A stretch of DNA of 64,000 nt. Origin: Myxococcota bacterium. Lineage in GTDB: Bacteria; Myxococcota_A; Polyangia; Palsa-1104; JAEUJZ01. The stretch lies in contig JANWXW010000134.1 of NCBI GenBank assembly GCA_025057315.1, positions 129-64,128 of the forward strand, given 5' to 3'. The notes beneath the pieces were generated by a model that did not search any database, had not been told where the DNA came from, and saw only the letters and a list, made by a program, of their open reading frames with translations. Position 1 is the first letter of the stretch. Every line of letters begins with the position of its first letter. This document shows, piece after piece, positions 6,800 through 16,304 of this stretch. Position numbers and translations under genes: made by a program.

Positions 6800-8350
6800 A
6801 TGAGAGAGAATGCGGCTGTGCAATCTGCCATCGCGACCCTCCTGCTCGTCGCGGTGATGGGGGCCGTTGCATGCAAGACAGCTGACCCTTGTCCCCAGGG
6901 ACAGACGGAATGCAACGGGAGTTGCGTCCAGACCGCCTCCAACCCGGATCACTGCGGCGGCTGCGGCATCGCGTGCAGCGAGCTGCAGGTGTGCAGCCTG
7001 GGGCAATGTGCCGACAACTGCGCCGGGGGCCTGGCCCTGTGCGGCCGTCAGTGTGTGGACGTTGCCAGCGACACGATGAACTGCGGCGGCTGCGGCCGCC
7101 GCTGCGCCGAAGGGGCCGTCTGCGAGCAGGGCCGCTGCATGGGCGGCATGCCGGCATGCGGGGATCGGCTGGCCATCGAGGTGGGCGGAACCTTGGACCT
7201 GGACCTGCAGGTGGTAGAGGTCTCGGGCACGCTCACAAAAAATGGCGCCGCCGTGCCTGCGGGCAGAAACCGGGGCACGCTGGCCTTCGTCTCCCGCCGC
7301 GGTGGGCAGGTGCTGATGGCCCCGTTCCCGGAGACGGGTCCGGCCATGTACCGCGGGGAGGTCATCGTGGGCACGTATGACGTCTACTACCAGCCGCCGC
7401 TGCAATGCTTCGAGAGCGACCCGCTGCCATGCCAGCGGGCCCTGCTGCGCAGCGGGGTGGTGATTCAGCAGGGTGGGACGCTGGACCTGGATGCGAAGGT
7501 GGTGCGGGTCTCTGGGCGGCTGACCAAGAACGGGGCGGCGGTGCCGAGTGTGGGCAGGGAGCGCGGGCGGCTGGTGTTCGCGCTGCAAGGGGGCGGAAGC
7601 CGGATGATGCCGCCGTTTGGGCTGACGGGGGAGGCGCAGTACGAAGGGGAGGTGTTTGCCGGGACGTACGAGGTCAGGTATGAGCCGCCTGCGGGGTGCG
7701 GGGGCACGGGGGATGCGCTGCCCTGCCAGCAGGTGGTGCTGCGCAGCGGGGTGGTGATTCAGCAGGGTGGGACGCTGGACCTGGATGCGAAGGTGGTGCG
7801 GGTCTCTGGGCGGCTGACCAAGAACGGGGCGATCCTGCCCAGTACGGGCAGGGAGCGCGGCTGGTTGGTGTTCCAGCTGCAAGGGGGCGGAGGCCGGAGG
7901 ATGCCGCCGTTTGGGCCGATGGGGGAGGCGCAGTACGAGGGGGAGGTGTTTGCCGGGACGTACGAGGTCAGGTATGAGCCGCCGCTGGGCTGCGGGGGGA
8001 TGTGGGATGTGATGCCCTGCCAGGTGGCGGTGCTGCGCAGCGGGGTGGTGATTCAGCAGGGGGGGACGCTGGACCTGGATGCGAAGGTGGTGCGGGTCTC
8101 TGGGCGGCTGACCAAGAACGGGGCCGCCGTGCCGAGTGGGCGCAGGGGCCGGGGCTGGCTGTTGTTCAACCTGGAGGGGGGCGGAGGCCGGAGGATGCCG
8201 CCGTTTGGGCCGACCGGAGAGGCGCGGTACGAGGGCGAGGTGTTCACAGGCAAGTACGATGTCCTGTACCAACCCGAGCTCGACTGCCAGCCGGGCGATT
8301 CGCTCCCGTGCCAGCATCATCTGATTAGAGGGTGCCTCCCGAGCGGCTGA
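6800..8350 (+). CDS. Lipoprotein with myxobacterial Cys-rich repeats and four ~98-aa beta-rich repeats
   Basis: RBS GGAGGAG; lipobox AVAC; two CV.T.S...CGGCG..C units; four GGTLDLD..VV.VSG.LTKNGA...G.Y.V.Y repeats with 294-bp DNA periodicity. Confidence 0.85.
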   Translation: MRENAAVQSAIATLLLVAVMGAVACKTADPCPQGQTECNGSCVQTASNPDHCGGCGIACSELQVCSLGQCADNCAGGLALCGRQCVDVASDTMNCGGCGRRCAEGAVCEQGRCMGGMPACGDRLAIEVGGTLDLDLQVVEVSGTLTKNGAAVPAGRNRGTLAFVSRRGGQVLMAPFPETGPAMYRGEVIVGTYDVYYQPPLQCFESDPLPCQRALLRSGVVIQQGGTLDLDAKVVRVSGRLTKNGAAVPSVGRERGRLVFALQGGGSRMMPPFGLTGEAQYEGEVFAGTYEVRYEPPAGCGGTGDALPCQQVVLRSGVVIQQGGTLDLDAKVVRVSGRLTKNGAILPSTGRERGWLVFQLQGGGGRRMPPFGPMGEAQYEGEVFAGTYEVRYEPPLGCGGMWDVMPCQVAVLRSGVVIQQGGTLDLDAKVVRVSGRLTKNGAAVPSGRRGRGWLLFNLEGGGGRRMPPFGPTGEARYEGEVFTGKYDVLYQPELDCQPGDSLPCQHHLIRGCLPSG

Positions 8351-8447
8351 TGGGGCTCTCTGCCGTGTTGCCATGGGGGGCAGCCAGGGTGGGCGTCGGC
8401 CCTGGGCGAGGGCGGGTGTGCGCCCCGTGTACGGAGGGAGGCAGGGT

Positions 8448-9500
8448 TCAGCCTGCAGGTGGGTCCCAGGGCGGCCCGCCCGTGGGTGGCGGCACATTGA
8501 AGGGACGGTCCGGTGCCAGCGGGGCCAGCTCCAGCAGCCGTGCGCGCAGCTCGTAGGCTGAGGCCGGCCGGTCTGCCGCTGCGCGCGCCACCAGCTGGGT
8601 CAGCAGCTCCTCGATGGGGTCAGCCATCCGCACCGTGGGGTCAATGGCGCGCGGCCACTTCCGCGGTGCATACAGGTGGGAGCTGAGCATGACCGCCTGG
8701 TTGGTGCCGGGAAAGGGCAGCTGCCCGACGATCATCTCCCACAGCATGATGCCCACAGCATACAGGTCGCTGCGTCCATCCAGGGGCTCGCCGGCCAGCA
8801 TCTCCGGCGAGACATATGCCGGCGTGCCCAACACCGCCGAGGTGCGCACGCCGGGGCCCCGGCACAGCTTGGCCACGCCGAAGTCCACCACCTTGACAAA
8901 GTCGGTCTCCCCTGCGCGGTTGAGCAGCACCACGTTCTCCGGTTTCATGTCCCGGTGCACGATGCCATGCCGGTGTGCCTCGCCCAGCGCCTCGCACACC
9001 TGGGCCGCGATGCGCAACGCCCGCCGCGGCGACAACACCCCTTGGCCCAGCAGCGTGCCCACGTCCTTTCCCTCCAGCAGCTCCATGACCAGGTAGGGCG
9101 TGCCCGTCTCCGTGACATCGTAGTCAAGTAGCACCACGATGTGCGGGTTGCGCAGCTGCGCTATCATGCGCGCCTCGTCTAGAAAGCGAGCGCGCACGCG
9201 GGGGTCGCGGAGGGAGCTGGAGCGGAGCAGCTTGACCGCCACGCGCAGGCCCAGCTCCAGGTCCGCCGCCTCGAAGACCGTACCGAACCCGCCGCTGCCG
9301 ATCTGGCGCACCAGCTGGTAGCGGTCCGACAGGACCATCCCGCTCTGGATGCTGCGCGCCGCCTCGCGCGCCGCCTCCTCGGACGACAGGGGCTCTGGCT
9401 GCCGCGGCAGCCGCTCGGGCGGCAACCCAAGCGGTGCAGCGCAGCGCACACAGAAGCACGCATCGCCGGAGTTGGGATAGTGGCAAACGGAACAGTCCAT
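8448..9500 (-). CDS. Ser/Thr protein kinase with N-terminal zinc ribbon
   Basis: GSGGFG, VAVK, HRDMKPEN, DFG, GTPAYVSPE motifs; N-terminal CSVC...CVRC; no TM helix. Confidence 0.92.
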   Translation of the reverse strand: MDCSVCHYPNSGDACFCVRCAAPLGLPPERLPRQPEPLSSEEAAREAARSIQSGMVLSDRYQLVRQIGSGGFGTVFEAADLELGLRVAVKLLRSSSLRDPRVRARFLDEARMIAQLRNPHIVVLLDYDVTETGTPYLVMELLEGKDVGTLLGQGVLSPRRALRIAAQVCEALGEAHRHGIVHRDMKPENVVLLNRAGETDFVKVVDFGVAKLCRGPGVRTSAVLGTPAYVSPEMLAGEPLDGRSDLYAVGIMLWEMIVGQLPFPGTNQAVMLSSHLYAPRKWPRAIDPTVRMADPIEELLTQLVARAAADRPASAYELRARLLELAPLAPDRPFNVPPPTGGPPWDPPAG

Positions 9501-9551
9501 CCATGGGCACCCTACCACAGGGCCCCTTCAGACGCGAAAGACCCCTCCGCC

Positions 9552-10598
9552 TTAGCGCGTGGCCGAGACGCTGAAGCTGAACTCCAGCTTCACCGGTGTC
9601 TCTGAGTTGGTCTGCGCCACCAGCGTGTGCGTCCAGCCGGCGCACTGGCCGTTGAAGCAGTAAAAGTCAAAGGTATCCTGGCGCAGGGGGTGGTATCCGT
9701 TGCCCGCAAGCTCAAAGGTCTGGGTCGTGCCGCTGATGCCCAGCCGGATGGTCGTGATCGCGCCCATGCTCGCGCCCGACAGGGTGACCCCACTGGACAG
9801 GCGATAGTAGCCGGGATTGGGGGGGCCCTGAATCCAGGTCACGCGGTCCACATCCATGGTGCCGCACAGCACGCGCGTCACCCGCTGGGAGACGTTGCGG
9901 CCCGAGGTGGACACCTGCGTGTCGGTGGCCTCGTCCGGGTCGTTGTCGCAGGGCATGCAGCTCAGGGTGGAGGTGCGGCATACGGCGTTGGGGCCGCAGT
10001 CGGTGTCTTTGCGGCAGCCAGTGCGGCAGCGCTGCATCTCACAGATTTGCCCCATGGCGCAGCCGGTGTCGTTGCGGCAGCCGGCACGGCAGCGAAGCTG
10101 CTCGCAGATCTGCCCCATGGCGCACTGGGTGTCCGAGGTGCAGCCGGCCTTGCACACGAGCTGGGGCGTCTCGCACACCTCGTTGGGGCCGCAGTCGGTG
10201 TCTTTGCGGCAGCCAGTGCGGCACTGCAGGTTGTCGCAGATCTTGCCCGAGCCGCAGTCGGTGTCTTTGCGGCAGCCAGTGCGGCACTGGCGGGTGGCCT
10301 CATTGCAAATGCGTCCCGGGGCGCAGTGCCCATCCTCGGTGCAGCCGGCCACGCACATGTTGGTCGCCAGGTTGCAATAGCTCTCCAGCGGGCAGGGGCA
10401 CTGCTTGGGCAGGGCCACGCAGCTGCCGCCCATGCACACTTGGCCTTCGCTACACGGCGGGCAGTCGGACGGCTGGCCGTTGCCCCCTTGCATCATCGAG
10501 AGATCTGGCTCGTCGTTTACAGCCTGACCGGGCGGCCCCTGGCAGGCGGCCAGCAGGAGGACAAAAAGGGCTCCTAGGCTGCGTTTGAACCGGTCCAT
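9552..10598 (-). CDS. Cys-rich repeat lipoprotein
   Basis: RBS AGGAG; lipobox LAAC; about six C..GC..D..C....IC repeats (CRTGCRKDTDCG three times); beta-rich C-terminal domain. Confidence 0.85.
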   Translation of the reverse strand: MDRFKRSLGALFVLLLAACQGPPGQAVNDEPDLSMMQGGNGQPSDCPPCSEGQVCMGGSCVALPKQCPCPLESYCNLATNMCVAGCTEDGHCAPGRICNEATRQCRTGCRKDTDCGSGKICDNLQCRTGCRKDTDCGPNEVCETPQLVCKAGCTSDTQCAMGQICEQLRCRAGCRNDTGCAMGQICEMQRCRTGCRKDTDCGPNAVCRTSTLSCMPCDNDPDEATDTQVSTSGRNVSQRVTRVLCGTMDVDRVTWIQGPPNPGYYRLSSGVTLSGASMGAITTIRLGISGTTQTFELAGNGYHPLRQDTFDFYCFNGQCAGWTHTLVAQTNSETPVKLEFSFSVSATR

Positions 10599-10828
10599 GT
10601 TTCACTCCTGTGCCAAGAGCAGCCAAAGTACGTCCTGGTTGGACCGGATGCAATCACAAACGCGCCAGGGACCTGCGCTCCGCTCCTAACTCCAGAGGCT
10701 CCCTGGGCCGGCCGGAGATCGCCCCCGGGCGGGTGCGGCGTGCAAGAACGCAGAGCGGCCTGGTCCCTTCTGCGACCAGCGACCCCACCAGGGCCACCTC
10801 ATGCCTGCCAGTATGCTAAGGTCCGGGC

Positions 10829-12451
10829 GTGTCGTCCGCGCTGCTGCCCGAACTGACCGCTTGCCTGGGCCCAGGCGGTGCCTCCACGCGGCAGGAGGAC
10901 CGGATGGTCTATGCCCGCGACATGTGGCCCCGCGGCCTGTTGGCAGTGGCAGCCTCGGTCAGGCCCACGGAGCTGCCCGAGGTCGTGGTCTGGCCGCAGC
11001 AGACGGCCCAGGTGCAACAGGTGGTGCACCTGTGCCGCCGCCACCGCGTGCCTCTGGTTCCCTTCGGCGCGGGGTCGGGCGTGTGCGGCGGTGCTGTGGC
11101 GCGCGGCGGGGTGGTCATGGACCTAAAGCGCATGCGTCGCGTCCTGGCCATCGACCCGGAGCGCAGCACGGTCACCTTCGAGCCCGGGATCCTCGGCACC
11201 CACCTGGAGGGGGCACTGGCGCGGCACGGCCTGACGCTGGGGCACTTCCCCTCGTCGATCATGTGCTCCACCGCGGGCGGCTGGCTGGCCACGCGCAGCG
11301 CGGGGCAGTGCTCCACGCGCTACGGCAAGATCGAGGACATGGTGCAGGAGGTGGAGCTGGTGGCGGGCACGGGCGAGGTGCTGGTGCTGCGGGGCGATGA
11401 GCCAGGCTTGCCAGATCTGCTCCAGCTGGCCGTCGGCAGCGAGGGCACATTGGGAATCATCACGCGCGCCACCTGTGCGGTGCGCCGGGCACCCCAAGCG
11501 CGTTGCATGCGCGGCTGGTCCTTCCCCTGGGTGCAGGCGGCTTGCGAGGGCATCCGCCGCGTGCTGCAGCATGGGCTGCGTCCGGCGGTGGTGCGGATCT
11601 ATGACGAGCTGGATACGCTGATGTCGGGGCAGCGCCGTCGTGCCCTCGCCCGGGCCCCGGCCGAGGGGGCAAGCGAACAGGTGGCGCTCGAACCGGGGCT
11701 GGAGCGGTGGCTGGAGGTGCTACGTCCCGACATGCAGCGCGCGCGGCGGGGCCTGCAACGCTGGCTGGTGTCGCGTGCCTTGGCGCGGCCGCAGCTGCTC
11801 AACCGCATGGCAGGGCAGCTGGTGCCCCGCCTGGCGCCGGGCTGCATGCTCATTGTCGGCTTTGAAGGAGAGGCCGCGGTGGCAGAGGCCGAGGAGCGTG
11901 CCGCGGCGCAAGACCTGCTCGCTGCCGGCGGGCATGACCTCGGACCCGGTCCGGGCGAGCACTGGCTGGCCCACCGGTATGACATCAGCTTTCAGATGCC
12001 CAAGGCCTATGCCGCCGGGGCGTTCGTCGACACCCTGGAGGTCGCCGCGGACTGGGAGCGATTGTTGCCCCTCTATGAAGCGGTGCGCGAGGCGGTGTCG
12101 GCCCACGCGCTCGTCATGGCCCACTTCAGCCACGCGTATCCGGACGGCTGCTCCATCTATTTTACCTTTGCGGCGCGCCGCCAGGGTGGCCTGCCCGGCA
12201 CGGGGCCGGAGGCGCTGGAGGCAGACGAGCGCCGCTACGATGCGCTGTGGCAGACGGCGCTGCAGGCGGTGGTGCGCGCCGGGGGCACCATCAGCCACCA
12301 CCACGGCATCGGCCGCCTCAAGGCGCCCTTTATGCATGCGGAGCACGGCCGGGGCATGGCCCTGTACCGCGCGCTCAAGGCCGTGCTCGACCCAGACGGC
12401 ATCCTGAATCCGGGCAAGATGGGCCTGGACGGCCCTGCGGAGGCGCTATGA
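10829..12451 (+). CDS. FAD-linked oxidoreductase, alkyl-dihydroxyacetonephosphate synthase-like (VAO/GlcD family)
   Basis: PFGAGSGVCGG, LGHFPSS..STAGGWLATRSAG...YGKIEDMV, GSEGTLGIIT, HFSHAYPDG..IYF, SHHHGIG and DPDGILNPGK motifs. Confidence 0.85.
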   Translation: MSSALLPELTACLGPGGASTRQEDRMVYARDMWPRGLLAVAASVRPTELPEVVVWPQQTAQVQQVVHLCRRHRVPLVPFGAGSGVCGGAVARGGVVMDLKRMRRVLAIDPERSTVTFEPGILGTHLEGALARHGLTLGHFPSSIMCSTAGGWLATRSAGQCSTRYGKIEDMVQEVELVAGTGEVLVLRGDEPGLPDLLQLAVGSEGTLGIITRATCAVRRAPQARCMRGWSFPWVQAACEGIRRVLQHGLRPAVVRIYDELDTLMSGQRRRALARAPAEGASEQVALEPGLERWLEVLRPDMQRARRGLQRWLVSRALARPQLLNRMAGQLVPRLAPGCMLIVGFEGEAAVAEAEERAAAQDLLAAGGHDLGPGPGEHWLAHRYDISFQMPKAYAAGAFVDTLEVAADWERLLPLYEAVREAVSAHALVMAHFSHAYPDGCSIYFTFAARRQGGLPGTGPEALEADERRYDALWQTALQAVVRAGGTISHHHGIGRLKAPFMHAEHGRGMALYRALKAVLDPDGILNPGKMGLDGPAEAL

Positions 12452-13590
12452 CACCGGAGCCGCCCTCGGGTCGAGCGTTGCTCCTGGACCGGCTGCGCGG
12501 GCAGCTGGGGCCGGCCTTTGTCGATGCCGAGTCGGATCCGCCCTACATTCGCTGCCGCCCGGGCGATGGGGCTCAGGTGGCCGCGGCGCTGGCGGCAGCA
12601 CGGGTGGGAGGGGTGCGCGCCAGCTGCACCTTCGCGCGGGAGGCGCTCTTGCATCTGGATCTGTCGCGTCTGGACCGCGTCGCCGTGGACGGAAAAACGC
12701 TGCTGTGCACGGCCGGAGCCGGCATCTCCCTGGGCAGGCTTCAGAGCGCGGTGCGTGCCCACGGCTTGTCGCTGGGGCCGCTGCCGCCCAAGTCGCTGCC
12801 GCGCACGCTGGGGGCCGCGCTGGCTGCACCCCGTCCCTCGGAGGCTTCGCCCTCGCTGGGGCGGCTGCGCGACCGCCCACGTCAGGTCCAGGCCGTGCTG
12901 CCAGGCCAGGGGGAGATGGACCTGCCCGTGCGGCCGGCCCCCCGTCGCGCCGCGGGGCCCGATCTCAAGCAGCTGCTCATCGGCAGCCGGGGCAAGGTAG
13001 GCATCCTCGTGTCGGCCACGCTGCCGCTGGTGCGTCCGGGGCCCGAGCGGCGCCTGGTGGGCTGGATGCTGCCGACCGTGGAGGCGGCAGCGCGGGCGCT
13101 GTGGCAGGTGCTCCACGGACTGGGCGGCATCGGCCCGATGGACCTGCAGCTGGTAGCGCCCGGGTTGCTGCGGGCAGCAGCCAGCGGGACGGAGCTGCCT
13201 GCAGGGGGGGCGGCGCTGCTGCTGCGCGCCGAGGGGCCGGCCGCGCTGGTTGCGGCCCAGCAGGCTCTGGCCCGGGCCCGGTGCGCCGACGGCACAGAGC
13301 TGCCCGAAGCCCTGTGCGCGGCCTGGCTTGATCCCCCCGAGGGGGCTCCAGCTGCCCTTTGGCCCACCGGCGAGCGGGCGCTGTCCGCCCCATCGCCTGG
13401 AGAGCTGGCAGCGGTCGTGCGGGCCTGCCGCGGCCCCTGGGTGGTGTGCGGGGTGCACGTGCATGGTGCGGCGCTGTGCGCAGCGGCCGAAGATCTGGAA
13501 GATCTGCCCGAGGCCACGCCCCCCGCCCCGGCGACCAGGCTGTACGAGCAGCTGTGCGCGGCCCTCGACCCGCAGCGGCTGCTGTGCTGA
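12448..13590 (+). CDS. FAD-binding oxidoreductase subunit (GlcE-like, divergent)
   Basis: LDLSRL, AGAGISLG, RRAAGPDLKQLLIGSRGKVGIL and C-terminal ALDPQRLL; ATGA overlap with the upstream gene. Confidence 0.7.
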   Translation: MTPEPPSGRALLLDRLRGQLGPAFVDAESDPPYIRCRPGDGAQVAAALAAARVGGVRASCTFAREALLHLDLSRLDRVAVDGKTLLCTAGAGISLGRLQSAVRAHGLSLGPLPPKSLPRTLGAALAAPRPSEASPSLGRLRDRPRQVQAVLPGQGEMDLPVRPAPRRAAGPDLKQLLIGSRGKVGILVSATLPLVRPGPERRLVGWMLPTVEAAARALWQVLHGLGGIGPMDLQLVAPGLLRAAASGTELPAGGAALLLRAEGPAALVAAQQALARARCADGTELPEALCAAWLDPPEGAPAALWPTGERALSAPSPGELAAVVRACRGPWVVCGVHVHGAALCAAAEDLEDLPEATPPAPATRLYEQLCAALDPQRLLC

Positions 13591-13598
13591 GTTGCCCC

Positions 13599-14699
13599 AT
13601 GGTTCCCATGATGGATCTGACCCAGGCCATCGAGCTGTGCACGTTCTGCCCCCGTCTGTGCAGCGACCGCTGCCCCGTGTCGCTGGTGGAGGCGCGCGAA
13701 ACCGTGACGCCCCAGGCCAAAATGGCCTGGCTGGGCCTGCTGCGGCAGCAGGTACCCGAGGCCCCTGGTGCCCCCCCGCGCTCGACGCTGCCGGTGTATG
13801 CGTGCACGGGCTGCGGGGCCTGCACCCAGGCCTGCCTGCACCGGGTCGAGCCGGGGGTGCACCTGCTGGCGGGGCGGGCCCTGGCCGAAGAGCAGCAGGC
13901 AGGACACCCGGCGCTGGCTGACCTGCCCCGACGGCAGCGGGCGCGAGGGCGGGCGGCGGCTGCCGAGGTGGCTGGGGCTGTGCCCGAGCAGCGGCGCCGT
14001 CCGGATGCTCCGGTGGCCTACCTGCCCCCCTGCCTGGCCCAGGGCGGGCCGGGCGAGGACGCACGACGGATGCTGCAGCTGGCCGACCGTGCGCCTGGGC
14101 TCTCCGGTGAGGCCCCGATGTCCATCGCAGCGACCGACAGCAGCTGCGCCGGCTACCCCCTGCTGGCCGGCGGCTTCGTCGAGGACTTCCGTCTGTACGC
14201 CGAGGACTTTGCCCGCCAGGTGGCGGGCCATGCCACCCTGGTGGTGGGGTGCCCAGCCTGCGCGTGGCTGTTGCGCACCCAGTATCCCCTGCATGGCGTG
14301 CCGGTGCGCCCCCACGTGCTGCACCTGGCGGAGTGGCTCGGCCGCCATGCAGAGGCGCTGCCCGAGACGCCTCCGCTGGGCCGCACGGCGTACCACGATC
14401 CGTGCTACCTGGGCCGGGGCCTGGGGGTGTACGAGGAGCCCCGCGCTGTGCTCGGCCGCGCCACGGCAGCGCTGTGCGAGTTTGCGCGCAACCGACAGGA
14501 GGCCACCTGCGCCGGGGGTGGCGCGCTGCTGCCGCTGACCGCGCCGGAGACGGCACGGGCCATCGCCGAGGAGCGCCTGCGCGAGCTGCCCCCGGGGGTA
14601 GAGACCGTGGTCACAGCATGCCCGAGCTGCCAGCGCCAGCTCGCAGGCGTGGCCGGTGCCCCCCGGGTGCTGGGGCTGCTGGAGGTGTTCCAGGAGTAG
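13599..14699 (+). CDS. (Fe-S)-binding protein with CCG-like domains (GlcF/HdrD-like)
   Basis: CTFCPRLCSDRCP and CTGCGACTQAC ferredoxin motifs; YHDPCYLGR; CAGGG; VTACPSC. Confidence 0.85.
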   Translation: MVPMMDLTQAIELCTFCPRLCSDRCPVSLVEARETVTPQAKMAWLGLLRQQVPEAPGAPPRSTLPVYACTGCGACTQACLHRVEPGVHLLAGRALAEEQQAGHPALADLPRRQRARGRAAAAEVAGAVPEQRRRPDAPVAYLPPCLAQGGPGEDARRMLQLADRAPGLSGEAPMSIAATDSSCAGYPLLAGGFVEDFRLYAEDFARQVAGHATLVVGCPACAWLLRTQYPLHGVPVRPHVLHLAEWLGRHAEALPETPPLGRTAYHDPCYLGRGLGVYEEPRAVLGRATAALCEFARNRQEATCAGGGALLPLTAPETARAIAEERLRELPPGVETVVTACPSCQRQLAGVAGAPRVLGLLEVFQE

Positions 14700-14732
14700 C
14701 CGAGCCCAGGCGAGCGGCCTAGCTACTCCGAG

Positions 14733-16304
14733 ATGAAACTGCGCCTGCTGCCGTGGATCCTGGCCGCCATCTGCTTCGCGCCGGGCCTGGGCGGTCAGTT
14801 TGTGCTGGACGACCTGCTGGCCATCGTCACCAACCCGGTGGTCACCGGACAGAAGGGGGCCCACGAGGCCTTCCTGCGCACCTTCTGGGGCCGGCCCCTG
14901 CACGAGCCGCCGACCGCCTACCGACCCCTGACGACGCTGCTGTTTCGTCTGGAGCATGCGGTGCTGGGACCCTCTCCGCTTGGCTTTCACGCCGTTGGCC
15001 TGGCGCTCTATCTGGCGCTCGTTTGGGCCGCGTTCCGCCTGGCGCGCCTTTACCTGGAGGAGCGCGCCGCCGCGCTCGCTATCTCTTTGTTTGCCGTCTG
15101 CCCCCTGCACGTAGAGAACGTCACCAGCCTGGTGGGGGCCGCCGACATGCTGGCCCTGCTCGCCTCGCTGGGGGCGCTGCTGCTGCTGTCACCCACGCTG
15201 GGCGGAGGTCCCGCGCCATCGGTTGCCCGCACCCTTGGGGCCGCGGGGCTGCAAGGGCTGGCGCTGCTGAGCAAAGAGGGGGCGGCCACCTGGCCGGCTG
15301 TGGCCGCCGTGCTGCTCGTGTGCTCGCTGCCGCCAGGGGCCCCTTGGAGGCAGCGGCTGCGGCGCCTCGGGCCGGCCCTGTGGCTGGGCGGGGTGACGCT
15401 CGGCTACCTGCTGCTGCGCGTGCGCCTGCTGCCGCTTACCTTCCACAACCCCATTCCGGACGACGTGCTGGCCGGTGCCAGCGTGGGGGCGCGCGTGCGC
15501 TTTGCCCTGGGCCTGCTGGCCAGCTACGCACGCCTGCTGGCGGTGCCGCTGGACCTGTGCACCGGGCGCAAGTACGCCGAGGTGGCGCTGCCCCAGACCC
15601 TGGACGGGGCTGCCGTGGCCGGGGCGGTGCTCCTGGGGGCGGCGCTGTGGGTCACACTGCGCCAGGGGTGCGCGGGGCGGCCGCCGTGGTTGCTGTGCGC
15701 GCTCATCTGCTTCTCGCTCTACTCGTCGCTGCTGTTCCCCGTGCCGGAGGCCATGGCCGACCGGTTCATGCTCGCGCCGAGCCTGTTTCTGTCGCTCTGG
15801 CTGGGACCCGCCTTGGCTCAGCTGGCGCGGGGCGGGACCGCACGGCGGGCGCTGCTTGTGCTGCTGCTGGGCAGCCACGGGGCGCTGGCCGCTGCCCAGA
15901 CGCGGGTGTGGCGCACGACCCTGACGCTGCTGGAGCACAGCGTGGTCGCTTGCCCGAACTCGATTCACAACCACGTCCGCCTGGCCGACGAGCTGAGCAG
16001 GGTCGGCCGCCACGCGGAGGCAGCCTGGCACTATGCGGTGGCTCGTGCGGGCCGCGCGCACTTTCCCCACCCTTGGTCCCATCCGGCCCGCGAGGCAGAG
16101 CTGGACCTGCCACCCCAGGTGCGGCTGGCGCGCCTGCCCGAACTGCTCGGTGCCACCGAGCCGGCGGACCGCTACCGCGCCCGCCTGGCGGCCTTTTTGA
16201 TGCACCTTGGACGGCCTCAGGAGGCTCGCCTGGTGCGCCTGGCCTCCGAGCTCCCCCTGGCACCGGAAAATCAGAACGCCAGCGTCACCCCAGCACGGCC
16301 ATAG
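14733..16304 (+). CDS. Multi-pass membrane protein, TMTC-like GT-C glycosyltransferase with C-terminal TPR-like region
   Basis: FVLDD..IVTNP, YRPLTT, PLHVENV..LVG.ADML, LLSKEG, MADRF..PS and WR....L motifs typical of TMTC-like proteins. Confidence 0.75.
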   Translation: MKLRLLPWILAAICFAPGLGGQFVLDDLLAIVTNPVVTGQKGAHEAFLRTFWGRPLHEPPTAYRPLTTLLFRLEHAVLGPSPLGFHAVGLALYLALVWAAFRLARLYLEERAAALAISLFAVCPLHVENVTSLVGAADMLALLASLGALLLLSPTLGGGPAPSVARTLGAAGLQGLALLSKEGAATWPAVAAVLLVCSLPPGAPWRQRLRRLGPALWLGGVTLGYLLLRVRLLPLTFHNPIPDDVLAGASVGARVRFALGLLASYARLLAVPLDLCTGRKYAEVALPQTLDGAAVAGAVLLGAALWVTLRQGCAGRPPWLLCALICFSLYSSLLFPVPEAMADRFMLAPSLFLSLWLGPALAQLARGGTARRALLVLLLGSHGALAAAQTRVWRTTLTLLEHSVVACPNSIHNHVRLADELSRVGRHAEAAWHYAVARAGRAHFPHPWSHPAREAELDLPPQVRLARLPELLGATEPADRYRARLAAFLMHLGRPQEARLVRLASELPLAPENQNASVTPARP

